Shown: positions 28,531-37,810, counted from the first letter of the stretch. The stretch: 64,000 nt of DNA from an uncultured Thermoleophilaceae bacterium (GCA_963825345.1 CAWGSQ010000008.1:11063-75062), one strand, 5' to 3'. The notes: generated by a model not told the origin, from the sequence alone. A program made the numbers and translations.

Positions 28531-29279
28531 CGAGTCTGCCCCGGCCGATCCTGGTCGGGATCGCCGCCGCGTGGGCCGCTGCGATAGCGGCCCAGCTGGC
28601 GGGCGCCGCTGCACTCGTGCACCACGACTCGCTGCTTGCGGGCGGCGGCCCGCCCGCCGTTGTTGCGGCGCTTGCCTCGCTGCTGGCATGGCAGGTGATG
28701 ATCGCGGCGATGATGCTGCCGTCGAGCCTGCCGCTCGTGGGGCTGTACGCGCGCGCAACGGCGCGGGCGCCTCAGAGGCGCCGCGCCATGACCGCGTTCC
28801 TCGGCGGGTACGCGCTCGTCTGGAGCGGGTTCGGACTGGCGGCATTCGGCGCGGACGCCGGTGTTCACGCGGCTGTCAGCTCAAGCCCATGGCTGGAGCG
28901 TCACGACTGGTGGATCGGCGGCGCCGTGCTGGCGCTGGCGGGCGCGTTCCAGTTCACATCGCTCAAGGACGCCTGCCTCGACAAGTGCCGGCATCCCGCC
29001 CAGTTCATGACGCGCTACTACGAGCGCGGGCCCGCCGGCGGCCTTCGCCTGGGGATGCGCCACGGCGCGTTCTGCGTGGGGTGCTGCTGGGCCCTGATGC
29101 TCGTGATGTTCGCCGCCGGCGTGGCGAGCCTGATCTGGATGGCCCTGCTCACCGCCGTGATGATCCACGAGAAGACACGCCCAGCCGGCGCCCGCGCCGT
29201 CCCGGTCACGGGCGTGGCGCTGCTGGCGGCGGCGTCGGTGGTGCTGGCGTACTCGGCGGCCGCCGCGGCGGCCGCCTGA
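28527..29279 (+). CDS. DUF2182 metal-binding integral membrane protein
   Basis: ATG at 28527 overlaps the DUF1326 stop (ATGA). Multi-TM protein. CLDKCRHP and GAFCVGCCWALM motifs. Confidence 0.75.
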   Translation: MTSLPRPILVGIAAAWAAAIAAQLAGAAALVHHDSLLAGGGPPAVVAALASLLAWQVMIAAMMLPSSLPLVGLYARATARAPQRRRAMTAFLGGYALVWSGFGLAAFGADAGVHAAVSSSPWLERHDWWIGGAVLALAGAFQFTSLKDACLDKCRHPAQFMTRYYERGPAGGLRLGMRHGAFCVGCCWALMLVMFAAGVASLIWMALLTAVMIHEKTRPAGARAVPVTGVALLAAASVVLAYSAAAAAAA

Positions 29280-29383
29280 GGCACCTGCGGAGCCCACTTC
29301 ATCGCACTTGTGCATGAGATGTATGCAAAAGGCGGAGAGAGTGGGCGCGCGACGCCTGGGCTCGACCCTAGACTTCCCTCCGA

Positions 29384-29457
29384 CGGGGCGTGGCGCAGCC
29401 TGGCAGCGCGCCGCCTTTGGGTGGCGGAGGTCCCCGGTTCGAATCCGGGCGCCCCGA
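29384..29457 (+). tRNA. tRNA-Pro (anticodon TGG)
   Basis: Hand-folded 74-nt cloverleaf: acceptor CGGGGCG/CGCCCCG, D arm GCGC..GCGC, anticodon stem CCGCC/GGCGG with loop TTTGGGT, T arm CCCGG-TTCGAAT-CCGGG, discriminator A. No encoded CCA. Confidence 0.9.
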
Positions 29458-29462
29458 TCTAG

Positions 29463-29921
29463 ATGACCGAGACGGCAGGGCATCCCCGGCGCTCCGGACG
29501 GCTCAAGCCGATCCTGCTCGCTGCCGCGATGGCGTTCCTCGCGCTGAACGTCTGGACGGGCAGTCCGCTGCTCGCCGTGTGGCTCGGGTCGAAGGTGCAG
29601 GGGGAGGAGAGCCAGCCGTCGATGGGGGCGTACGCGGTCGTGATCCTGGCGCTGATCGCCTTCAGCTGGGGGCTGTATCAGCTGCTGAAGCGGGTCATGG
29701 GCGCCTACCAGGACGCCACCGGCACGCAGCCGACCGTGCGCTCGCACGCTCCCTGGCTGCGCAGCATGCGCGGCGAGCGACCCGACTATCCGGGCAACAC
29801 GTCGCGCATCTCGGGTGCGGAGAAGATCGTGGTGGTGACCGTGCTGATCGCGGCCACGGCCTTCGAGATCTGGTTCTTCTTCTTCAGCGGATCGTCGATC
29901 GGCGGCGGCGGCGGCCGCTGA
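29463..29921 (+). CDS. three-TM membrane protein (hypothetical)
   Basis: 152 aa, very high GC3, three hydrophobic helices. The ATG lies 6 nt after tRNA-Pro and the stop lies 43 nt before tRNA-Arg. Confidence 0.6.
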   Translation: MTETAGHPRRSGRLKPILLAAAMAFLALNVWTGSPLLAVWLGSKVQGEESQPSMGAYAVVILALIAFSWGLYQLLKRVMGAYQDATGTQPTVRSHAPWLRSMRGERPDYPGNTSRISGAEKIVVVTVLIAATAFEIWFFFFSGSSIGGGGGR

Positions 29922-29964
29922 GATCGTCACACGCCGCTCACACGCCTACGCTTTGACAGCACCC

Positions 29965-30038
29965 GCCCCGGTAGCTCAGCTGGAAAGAGCGGCGGCCTTC
30001 TAAGCCGCGGGTCGCAGGTTCGAGTCCTGCCCGGGGCG
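29965..30038 (+). tRNA. tRNA-Arg (anticodon TCT)
   Basis: Hand-folded 74-nt cloverleaf: acceptor GCCCCGG/CCGGGGC, D arm GCTC..GAGC, anticodon stem GCGGC/GCCGC with loop CTTCTAA, T arm GCAGG-TTCGAGT-CCTGC, discriminator G. Confidence 0.9.
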
Positions 30039-30063
30039 CCTTCAACAGGAGTAGGGTCAGAAG

Positions 30064-31041
30064 GTGACTCGCGCCGCGATACTCCTCGCCCTGCTCCTCG
30101 CCATGCCTTCTGCAGCAGCCGCCCAGGCGCCGCCCGACTGTGCGCCGGACAAGGTGGCGAACGTGACGCTGAGAATCCAGGAGCGGGGGGAGGAAGTCGC
30201 GCCGGTCGCCACGCACGAGATCGACGTGTCGGCGGACATCCTCGCCAGCGACCCGACTCAGATCGTTATCACCCCCCAGGACGGCGTCGAGGTACTGGGG
30301 CGCGGCGGTAAGGGCTCGATCGTGGGGTTGTTCGCGCCGAGTACTCCGAATCTCACCCTCACGATCTCCTGGCGGCAGTCGGTGGATGAGTCGAACCCCG
30401 AGGAGACCGCCAGATGCTCCGCGAGCCGTGTCATGACGCTGCCCGTGCTGGCCGCGAACCCGGCGCGTGGCGTCAAACAGCCCAATCCCGGGCCTGACAC
30501 CGGGGACTACACCTTCGCCGTGGCTCCGGCGCTGAAGCGTCCGAACCTGTCGCCGATCGAGATCGCGATAAGGAGCACTGGAAAAGCCCGCTTCCCGCGC
30601 GCGAAAGAGCGACTGCGGACGTGGGTCCTCCCGATGCGAGTGTCCGAGCAGCTCAAGTACCGGACCCACCTACCCAACTATGCATACGCCAGCTTCCCGC
30701 AGCTGTGCAAGTTCTGGTGGATGACCTGCGGACCGGTCAACAGTCATCTGAGCCTGCTTCAGGTCAAGAACGGGGGACGACCGGACCTCGACGGACGTAA
30801 CGCGATCCTGGGGCCGCTCGCCTTCAGCCAGCCCGCGCGCTGGGCGGCCCGTTATGGATTCACCGTTTCGACCTTCCCAGGCGCGGCCAAGAATCGGCCC
30901 TTCGGCTACGACGTCCAGGTGAGGCAGGCCGGGCGGCTCCTCGCTCGCGTTCGAAAGACTGGGCGCTGCAGGGAGGTGTCCCGCAACGGGGGCAGCTTCC
31001 ACAGCTGCAAGAAGGCGCGCGGCAGCGTCCTGCTGCGCTGA
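30064..31041 (+). CDS. secreted hypothetical protein
   Basis: GTG start. Signal peptide MTRAAILLALLLAMPSAAAAQA. 325 aa with no motif I recognise. Parts of the gene are visibly lower in GC than the surroundings. Confidence 0.55.
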   Translation: MTRAAILLALLLAMPSAAAAQAPPDCAPDKVANVTLRIQERGEEVAPVATHEIDVSADILASDPTQIVITPQDGVEVLGRGGKGSIVGLFAPSTPNLTLTISWRQSVDESNPEETARCSASRVMTLPVLAANPARGVKQPNPGPDTGDYTFAVAPALKRPNLSPIEIAIRSTGKARFPRAKERLRTWVLPMRVSEQLKYRTHLPNYAYASFPQLCKFWWMTCGPVNSHLSLLQVKNGGRPDLDGRNAILGPLAFSQPARWAARYGFTVSTFPGAAKNRPFGYDVQVRQAGRLLARVRKTGRCREVSRNGGSFHSCKKARGSVLLR

Positions 31042-31070
31042 ACGACGGGATTCGGGGTATCGGTTTAGGC

Positions 31071-32099
31071 ATGCGCGCCATGACCGTCATCCCCGGGAAG
31101 CGCGACAGTGCCGAGCTCACCGAGCGCCCGGACCCGGAAGCGAAGGACGGCGAGCTGCTCGTCGAGCCGCTCTACCTCGGAGTGTGCGGCACGGACCGCG
31201 AGATCCTGGAGGGCGCCCACGGGGAGCCGCCACCGGGTGAGGAGCGGCTCGTGCTCGGCCATGAGCTGCTTGCCCGAGTGCGCGACACGGGCGAACTGGT
31301 GGCCGGGATCGTCCGGCGCCCGGATCCGGTGCCGTGCGCGTGCTGTGCCCAGGGCGAGTGGGACATGTGCCGCAACGGGCAGTACACCGAGCGCGGCATC
31401 AAGGCGCTCGACGGCTACGGCGCCGAGCTGGTGGCCATCGAAGCGGACTTCGCGATCCCGATCCCCGCCGAGCTCGGGACGCTTGGTGTGCTCACCGAGC
31501 CCGCCAGCATCCTCGCCAAGGCCTGGGAGCAGATCGACCGGATCAGCACGCGCGCCTGCTCGGTGCACGAGCGTGCGCTCATCATCGGCGCCGGGCCGAT
31601 TGGCCTGCTCGCCGCGCTGATGGCCGCGCAGCGGGGGCACGAGGTCCACGTGCTCGACCGCGCCACCGAGGGCATCAAGCCGGAGGCGGTGCAGGCTCTC
31701 GGGGGGCGCTACCACACAGGTGACGTGACGGAGCTGGCCAAGGAGATCGAGCCGGACATCGTGGTGGAGTGCACCGGCGTCGCCGAGCTCGTGGCCGGGG
31801 CCATGCAGCACACGGCGCCAGGGGCCATCGTCTGCCTCACGGGGGTCGCGTCCTCCCGCACCCTCAGCCTGGACGTGGGCGCCCTCAACAACGAGCTCGT
31901 GCTCGAGAACGACGTGGTGTTCGGGTCGGTGAACGCGAACCGCCGGCACTTCGAGCAGGCGGTCAAATCGCTGACCGACGCGGACCAGGACTGGCTGCGG
32001 CGACTGATCACCCGCACCGTTCCGCTCGACCGCTGGCCCGACGCGCTCGAGAAGGGCGACGACGACATCAAGGTCGTGGTCGAGTTCCCCCAGCGCTAG
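31071..32099 (+). CDS. zinc-dependent MDR-family glucose 1-dehydrogenase-like oxidoreductase
   Basis: [12 protein letters not shown], the Cys-rich lobe [30 protein letters not shown] and [14 protein letters not shown] resemble archaeal-type glucose dehydrogenases. Confidence 0.7.
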   Translation: MRAMTVIPGKRDSAELTERPDPEAKDGELLVEPLYLGVCGTDREILEGAHGEPPPGEERLVLGHELLARVRDTGELVAGIVRRPDPVPCACCAQGEWDMCRNGQYTERGIKALDGYGAELVAIEADFAIPIPAELGTLGVLTEPASILAKAWEQIDRISTRACSVHERALIIGAGPIGLLAALMAAQRGHEVHVLDRATEGIKPEAVQALGGRYHTGDVTELAKEIEPDIVVECTGVAELVAGAMQHTAPGAIVCLTGVASSRTLSLDVGALNNELVLENDVVFGSVNANRRHFEQAVKSLTDADQDWLRRLITRTVPLDRWPDALEKGDDDIKVVVEFPQR

Positions 32100-32122
32100 C
32101 GGCGGGCGATACCCTCCTGGCG

Positions 32123-33073
32123 ATGCCGACCTCCCTCGTAACCGGTGGTGCCGGTTTCCTTGGTTCGCATTTGTGCGATTACCTGATTTCGCGTGGGCAG
32201 CGCGTGATCTGTGTGGACAATCTCGAGACGGGGTCGCTTGAGAACATCCGCCATTTGAAGACGGGGGCGGACTTTCGTTTCGAGATGCTGGATATCACGG
32301 AGCATTACGAGATCGAGGAGCCGGTCGATTTCGTCTACCACATGGCCTCGCCGGCCTCCCCGATCGACTACGCAAGGTTGCCTTTGCACACGCTCAAGGT
32401 CGGCGCGTACGGGACGCACAACACGCTTGGGCTCGCGAAGAAGCACAGGGCGCGTTTCCTGCTTGCGTCGACGTCTGAGGTTTATGGCGATCCGCAGGTG
32501 CATCCGCAGCCGGAGAGCTATTGGGGCAATGTCAATCCGATCGGGCCGCGTGGGGTGTATGACGAGGCGAAGCGCTACGCCGAGGCGCTCACGATGGCCT
32601 ACCTGCGCCAGCAGGGCGTGAACACGACGATCGTCAGGATTTTCAACACCTTCGGGCCGCGGATGCGCCCGAACGACGGCCGGGCGATCCCGGCGTTCAT
32701 GGGCCAGGCGCTCGCGGACCGGCCGGTGACCGTGTTCGGGGACGGCAGCCAGACGCGCAGCTTCTGTTACGTCGATGACCTCGTCCGTGGGCTGGTGCTT
32801 TTGGCGGAGTCGGATGTGCACGAGCCGGTCAATATCGGCAATCCGAGCGAGATGTCGCTGCTCGAGATGGCCAGGTTGATCATCGAGCTGTGCGATTCGC
32901 GCTCCGAGGTCGTCTTCGAGGCGCTGCCCGTGGATGACCCGCAGGTCCGCCAGCCCGACATCGCAAGAGCACGCGACCTGCTCGGCTGGCAACCCGAGAT
33001 CGACGTCCGCGACGGCATCGCCCGCACCATCGAGCACCACACCAACATCCTCGGCCAACCCGCCTCGCGATGA
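32123..33073 (+). CDS. UDP-glucuronate decarboxylase (UDP-xylose synthase), SDR family
   Basis: ATG at 32123 inside track ORF 31769..33073. [39 protein letters not shown] and [14 protein letters not shown]. Clearly lower GC than its neighbours. Confidence 0.9.
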   Translation: MPTSLVTGGAGFLGSHLCDYLISRGQRVICVDNLETGSLENIRHLKTGADFRFEMLDITEHYEIEEPVDFVYHMASPASPIDYARLPLHTLKVGAYGTHNTLGLAKKHRARFLLASTSEVYGDPQVHPQPESYWGNVNPIGPRGVYDEAKRYAEALTMAYLRQQGVNTTIVRIFNTFGPRMRPNDGRAIPAFMGQALADRPVTVFGDGSQTRSFCYVDDLVRGLVLLAESDVHEPVNIGNPSEMSLLEMARLIIELCDSRSEVVFEALPVDDPQVRQPDIARARDLLGWQPEIDVRDGIARTIEHHTNILGQPASR

Positions 33074-33354
33074 GCTCGTCGGAGGCCAAGAACCTCGAAG
33101 CGATCTCGAAGGCCGTCGACCAGCACAACCGCTCCTGCGAGTGGCCCGCGGTGGCGATCGAGATGAATCCCTTCGAGGTGGAGCGCCTCGGCTGGGACTC
33201 GATACGCGGTCTTCCGATCCGCTCGAACCCCGAGCTGGGCACCGGAGCGTTCCGCGTAGTCTGCGCGCGGGAGGACGGTTTGCCGGCCGAGGAGGAGACC
33301 GTGGAGGCCGTCTCCGAACAGACCGTGCCCGCCGAGTTGACGCCAACGCGCTGA
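33070..33354 (+). CDS. small hypothetical protein translationally coupled to the UXS gene
   Basis: 94 aa. The ATG overlaps the UXS stop (ATGA). No recognisable motif. Confidence 0.45.
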   Translation: MSSSEAKNLEAISKAVDQHNRSCEWPAVAIEMNPFEVERLGWDSIRGLPIRSNPELGTGAFRVVCAREDGLPAEEETVEAVSEQTVPAELTPTR

Positions 33355-33586
33355 ACCTGGACGTTCGTCCTAGTTTCTTTCGAGCCTGGACTGTTGTTTT
33401 TCCGCGCTTTGCCGATACATCCATAGTCCCGCGAACAGTGTTGGACAGCGGGAAGGGCTCCGTATCGACCTCAACCGAATTCGTCACCTGGCCCTAGCGG
33501 CGGCCGCCCTCGGCGGTCTGGTAGCAAGCGCGTCCCTTGCGGGCGCCGAATCGCCGCGCCCTGATACGACCCCACATCTGCTCGTT

Positions 33587-36500
33587 GTGCCGGATTCGGC
33601 CCGCGCGCAGCTGGCCCTCGGGCGGTCCGACGCGCGCGTGGTCGCGCGCTATGGCGAGTTCGCCGTGGTCGAGGCAATCGGGGATGACGACGAGCGCCTG
33701 CGCGGCGCCGGCGCCACCCGCCGAGACGACATGCGCGAAGTGCTCCTGGCGGGTGGCCAGCTCGATCCCGCGGCGCGGCCTTCGCTGGCGGGCAAGGAGG
33801 CGCCGGACCGCGGCGAGGCACTCGTGCTCGTCCAGTTCGTCGCCCCGATCAAGGACGAGTGGCTCGCGAAGCTGCGCGGCACCGGCGCGACTGTGCTCGG
33901 CTACGCCGCCCAGAACTCATACATCGTGCACGCCTCGGGAGACGCTCTCGACCGCGTGACCGAGCTGGTGGGCGCCTACCCGGCGGTGCGCGCCGCGACC
34001 GCCCTGCGCCCCTCCGACAAGGTCGAGCGCGGCGCCGCGAGCGGACGAGTCGCGGTTCAGACGGTGGCGGGCGCCCCGGGCGCGGACGCTCGCAGCCAGG
34101 CGGACGACGCCGGCGAGCAGATCGCCGCCGACCTCGCCGTCGCCGAGGTCCACACCCAGTTCCTGAACCTGAGCGCCGCTGAGGTGAGCGCGCTGGCGGC
34201 CGACCCGGCGGTTGTTGCCATCGAGCCTGCCGGAGTGCCCGAGCTTCATGACGAGCGGAGCGCCCAGATCGTTGCCGGCAATCTGATCGGCAACGCACCG
34301 AGCGGTCCGGGGTACGACGCGTGGCTGGTGACGAACGGATTCGGAGCCCCGTTCGGCTTTGCCATCGACGTGACGGATTCCGGCCTCGACAGAGGCAGTA
34401 CGACGGTCGTCCACCCGGACCTGCTCGGTCGCGTCAGCTACGCCCACGACTACACGGCCGATCCCGACGCCACGGACTGCGGCGGGCACGGCACGAACGT
34501 GGCGTCGATCGCCGCGGGCGTGAGCACCGCGTCGGGCCAGGACGCCGCCGCCTACAAGCACGGGCTCGGCGTGGCCCCCTTCGCCCAGGTGGGCGCCTCC
34601 AAGATCTTCCGCTGCACCGGCGCAGCCGCGGCGGTCAACTACGCAACGCTGACCGCGGCCGCCTACGCCGGCGGCGCGCGGATCTCCAACAACTCCTGGG
34701 GGATCTCGAACTTCGGCGGCTACCACGCCGCGTCGCAGGCATACGACGCCCTGGTGCGCGACGCCTCGGCGAGCGACCCGGGAAACCAGGAGATGGTCGA
34801 GGTCTTCTCCGCCGGAAACGACGGCGACGGGAAGGGCAACCCGCTCGACCCCAAGGGCGACGAGGGTTACGGCAGCATCACGGCGCCGGGCACGGCCAAG
34901 AACGTGATCACGGTCGGCGCCTCGGAGAGCGTGCGCGGCTCGGGCACGGACGGCTGCGGCGTCACGAACGGCGGGGCGGACAGCGCCAGCGACATCATCA
35001 ACTTCTCGGGCCGCGGGCCCACCCAGGACGGGCGCCTGAAGCCGGACCTGGTGGCCCCCGGCACGCACATCACGGGCGCCTCGCCCCAGCACGCCGGCTA
35101 CACCGGCACGGCGGTGTGCGACAAGACCTTCGGCGGCAGCAGCTTCTACTCGCTCGTCTCGGGCACCTCGCAGGCCGCCCCGCACGTGGCCGGCGCGGCC
35201 GCGCTGCTGCGCGACTGGTACCTGCGCCAGGTGAGCACAACGCCGCCGTCGCCCGCCCTCACCAAGGCGATCCTCGTGAACACCGCCGTGGACGTGGCCG
35301 GAGGCGACAGCGGCAAGAACAGCTCGATCCCCGCCGCGCCGAACACCGACGAGGGCTGGGGCCGCGTGAGCATCGGAGCCGCTCTCGACGGGACCCAGCG
35401 CGAGTACCTCGACCAGAGCGCCGCGACGACGCTCGACGCCAACGGTCAGAGCCTCCTGCGCTCCTATCAGGTGGACGACTCGGCGAAGCCCGTGCGCGTG
35501 ACGCTTGCGTGGACCGACCCGCCGCCCGCCACGATCACCGGTAACGCGTTCGTGAACGACCTCGACCTCGAGGTGAGCGTGGGCGGCCGCACCTACCGCG
35601 GCAACTGGCTCGCCGGTGGCCTCTCGGTGCCGGGCGGCCAGGCCGACTTCCGCAACAACCTCGAGAACGTGGTGCTCCCCGCGAGCACGAGCGGGCGCAT
35701 GTCGGTGAAGGTGGTGGCGAAGTCGCTCGGCGGCGACGGTGTTCCGGGCAACGGCAAGCCGCTCGACCAGGACTTCGCCCTGGTGGTCTCGAATGCGCAG
35801 GAGCAGCTCTCGTCGCCGGTGCTCGGGCAGGGCGCGGCGACGATCGACGACACGGTGGATGACCAGAACGGCGACGGCTACCTCGAGCCCACTGAGTCGT
35901 TCGCTCTCCGCCAGCGTGTGCGCAACACCGGCACCGATGTGGCCACGGGGGTGTCCGCCACGCTCGCCGGCAACGGCGCGCTGAGCCTCACCCAGGCGAG
36001 CTCGACCTATCCCGACATCACGGCCGACTCGGATCAGGAGAACGACATTGCCTTCGAGGGCGCACTCGGAGGCGCGGCGACATGCGGCGTGGACGCCACG
36101 GGCATGCTCGACGTGACGAGCGTCGAGGGCGGGACGCAGTCTGTGCCGGTCACGATTCCCACCGGGCGCGCGGGCCCCGCCACCACGCACTCGCGGACTC
36201 AGACGCTCGCCATCCCCGACGACGACGCCGGCGGTGTCGTGTCCACGCTGTTCGTGCCGATCAGCGGTCGCATCAAGGACCTCGACGTTCGGATCAACAG
36301 CATCGACCACAGCTTCGTTGGTGACCTCAAGGTCGAGCTCGTGAGCCCGGACAACGCCACGACCGTGCGCCTGATCGAGCACGTGGGCGGGCCGAACAAC
36401 GGCGGCGACGACCTCGTCGACACCGTCTTCGACGACGAGGCGGCCACGGCCATCGGCGCCGGCGCGAGCGCCGCTCCGTACACCGGCAGCTTCCGCCCGC

Positions 36501-37810
36501 AGGCCGACCAACTCGGGCGCTTCGACGGCAAGGAGCAGCAGGGCACGTGGAAGCTGAGGGTGAGCGACCGCTACGAGAACGACACCGGCTCGCTGCTCTC
36601 CTGGGGCCTCACGATCCGCACCGCCCAGTGCGACCCGGACGTGAACGCGCCCGACACCGCGATCCAGGTTGCACCCCCCTCGCGCGCCGGCTCCCGCACC
36701 GCCAGCTTCGAGTTCACCGCCACCAAGGCCGGGACGCAGTTCCAGTGCCGCCTCGACGGCGGGGACTTCAGCCCGTGCAGCTCCCCGCAGGAGTTCGGCA
36801 ACCTGCCCGAGGGCAGCCACACCTTCGAGGTCAGGGCGTTCGACTCGAAGGGCAACGTGGACGGCAGTCCCGCCGTGTACACGTGGACCGTCGACGTGAC
36901 CGCGCCGGCGCCTCGCATCGCCGCGGTCTCCGGGGCGGCGCCGCACGTGCAGGGGAATGCCGGCACGGGCTCCGGCGACGACGGCAGCATCACGGTCGAC
37001 CTCTACTCCGGCTCCGCCGCGAGCGGGGCACCCGTGCAGTCGGTGGTGGTCGCCCGCGACGGGTCCGGCTCCTTCAGCGCGGACTTCGCGCGCGTGGGCG
37101 CGGGCACCTACACGGTGAGCGCGCATCAGAAGGACGCGGCCGGCAACGTCGGCTCGAGCGCGCCCGTGACCTTCGCCGCGGCGGGCGACCCGCCGCCAGA
37201 CTTCGCGGTCGTCTCCACCGACGACTCGCTTGCCGACGCCTCCGGGGGCCGGCTCGCTGCTCTCTCGAGCTGCGAGGGCGCCTGCCGCCGGAGCAACGCG
37301 CTGGTCGTTTCGCCGAAGACGGCCGTCCGCCTCGGCCTGCCGCGCCGGAGCGTGCGCCTCGGCACCGGCAGCGGGCGCGTGAAGCTGACCCGCGCGGCAC
37401 GCAACGCGCTCCGCCGTAGCCGAGGCGCGAAGGCAACGCTTCAGGCGGTGGCCGGATCGGTTTCGCTGTCGAAGACGATCACACTGCACCCGAAGCTCGC
37501 GCCATCACGCATCGCGAGCCGCGGCCTCAGGCTCGCCGGCAGGTGCTCCTCGGCCTGCACCATGAACGCGCGGCTGCTCGTGAGCGCCGCCACCGCACGT
37601 CGGCTCGGCCTCGGCAGGCGCAGCGTCGCCATCGGGAGCGGCGCCGCCAACGCCGCGGCAGACCAGACGAAGACGGTCACCGTGCGGCTGTCGCGCTCGG
37701 CCCGGACGAAGCTGTCCCGCGCCCGCAGCGCCGACGTGACGCTCGAGATCACGGTGCACGGCGCGGGCACCGCGAGCCGCCGCGCCACACGCCGGCTCAC
37801 GCTCGGCTAG
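33587..37810 (+). CDS. large secreted subtilisin-like (S8) serine protease with proprotein-convertase P-domain and C-terminal repeat modules
   Basis: Catalytic motifs DVTDSGLD, HGTNVASIAAG and SGTSQAAPHVAGAAALL. P-domain DHSFVGDLKVELVSPDN...GTWKLRVSD. An I9-like propeptide sits at the N-terminus. The coordinates follow the first canonical start (GTG 33587). A signal-peptide-like stretch is encoded in frame upstream (33464-33586); see findings. Confidence 0.85.
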   Translation: MPDSARAQLALGRSDARVVARYGEFAVVEAIGDDDERLRGAGATRRDDMREVLLAGGQLDPAARPSLAGKEAPDRGEALVLVQFVAPIKDEWLAKLRGTGATVLGYAAQNSYIVHASGDALDRVTELVGAYPAVRAATALRPSDKVERGAASGRVAVQTVAGAPGADARSQADDAGEQIAADLAVAEVHTQFLNLSAAEVSALAADPAVVAIEPAGVPELHDERSAQIVAGNLIGNAPSGPGYDAWLVTNGFGAPFGFAIDVTDSGLDRGSTTVVHPDLLGRVSYAHDYTADPDATDCGGHGTNVASIAAGVSTASGQDAAAYKHGLGVAPFAQVGASKIFRCTGAAAAVNYATLTAAAYAGGARISNNSWGISNFGGYHAASQAYDALVRDASASDPGNQEMVEVFSAGNDGDGKGNPLDPKGDEGYGSITAPGTAKNVITVGASESVRGSGTDGCGVTNGGADSASDIINFSGRGPTQDGRLKPDLVAPGTHITGASPQHAGYTGTAVCDKTFGGSSFYSLVSGTSQAAPHVAGAAALLRDWYLRQVSTTPPSPALTKAILVNTAVDVAGGDSGKNSSIPAAPNTDEGWGRVSIGAALDGTQREYLDQSAATTLDANGQSLLRSYQVDDSAKPVRVTLAWTDPPPATITGNAFVNDLDLEVSVGGRTYRGNWLAGGLSVPGGQADFRNNLENVVLPASTSGRMSVKVVAKSLGGDGVPGNGKPLDQDFALVVSNAQEQLSSPVLGQGAATIDDTVDDQNGDGYLEPTESFALRQRVRNTGTDVATGVSATLAGNGALSLTQASSTYPDITADSDQENDIAFEGALGGAATCGVDATGMLDVTSVEGGTQSVPVTIPTGRAGPATTHSRTQTLAIPDDDAGGVVSTLFVPISGRIKDLDVRINSIDHSFVGDLKVELVSPDNATTVRLIEHVGGPNNGGDDLVDTVFDDEAATAIGAGASAAPYTGSFRPQADQLGRFDGKEQQGTWKLRVSDRYENDTGSLLSWGLTIRTAQCDPDVNAPDTAIQVAPPSRAGSRTASFEFTATKAGTQFQCRLDGGDFSPCSSPQEFGNLPEGSHTFEVRAFDSKGNVDGSPAVYTWTVDVTAPAPRIAAVSGAAPHVQGNAGTGSGDDGSITVDLYSGSAASGAPVQSVVVARDGSGSFSADFARVGAGTYTVSAHQKDAAGNVGSSAPVTFAAAGDPPPDFAVVSTDDSLADASGGRLAALSSCEGACRRSNALVVSPKTAVRLGLPRRSVRLGTGSGRVKLTRAARNALRRSRGAKATLQAVAGSVSLSKTITLHPKLAPSRIASRGLRLAGRCSSACTMNARLLVSAATARRLGLGRRSVAIGSGAANAAADQTKTVTVRLSRSARTKLSRARSADVTLEITVHGAGTASRRATRRLTLG

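Noticed and set aside
33917-37489. 1190-aa ORF antisense to the S8 protease gene. Similar very long shadow ORFs occur at 8367-10307 (-), 42687-44684 (+), 50957-52750 (-), 58586-59806 (-), 61670-63154 (-), 17368-19221 (+), 41260-42711 (+) and 646-2193 (+).
   Set aside because: These are Arg/Gly/Ala/Pro-rich low-complexity translations with no motifs. Each lies opposite or out of frame to a gene with clear family signatures and proper GC3 bias. Stop-poor antisense frames are expected in ~70% GC DNA.
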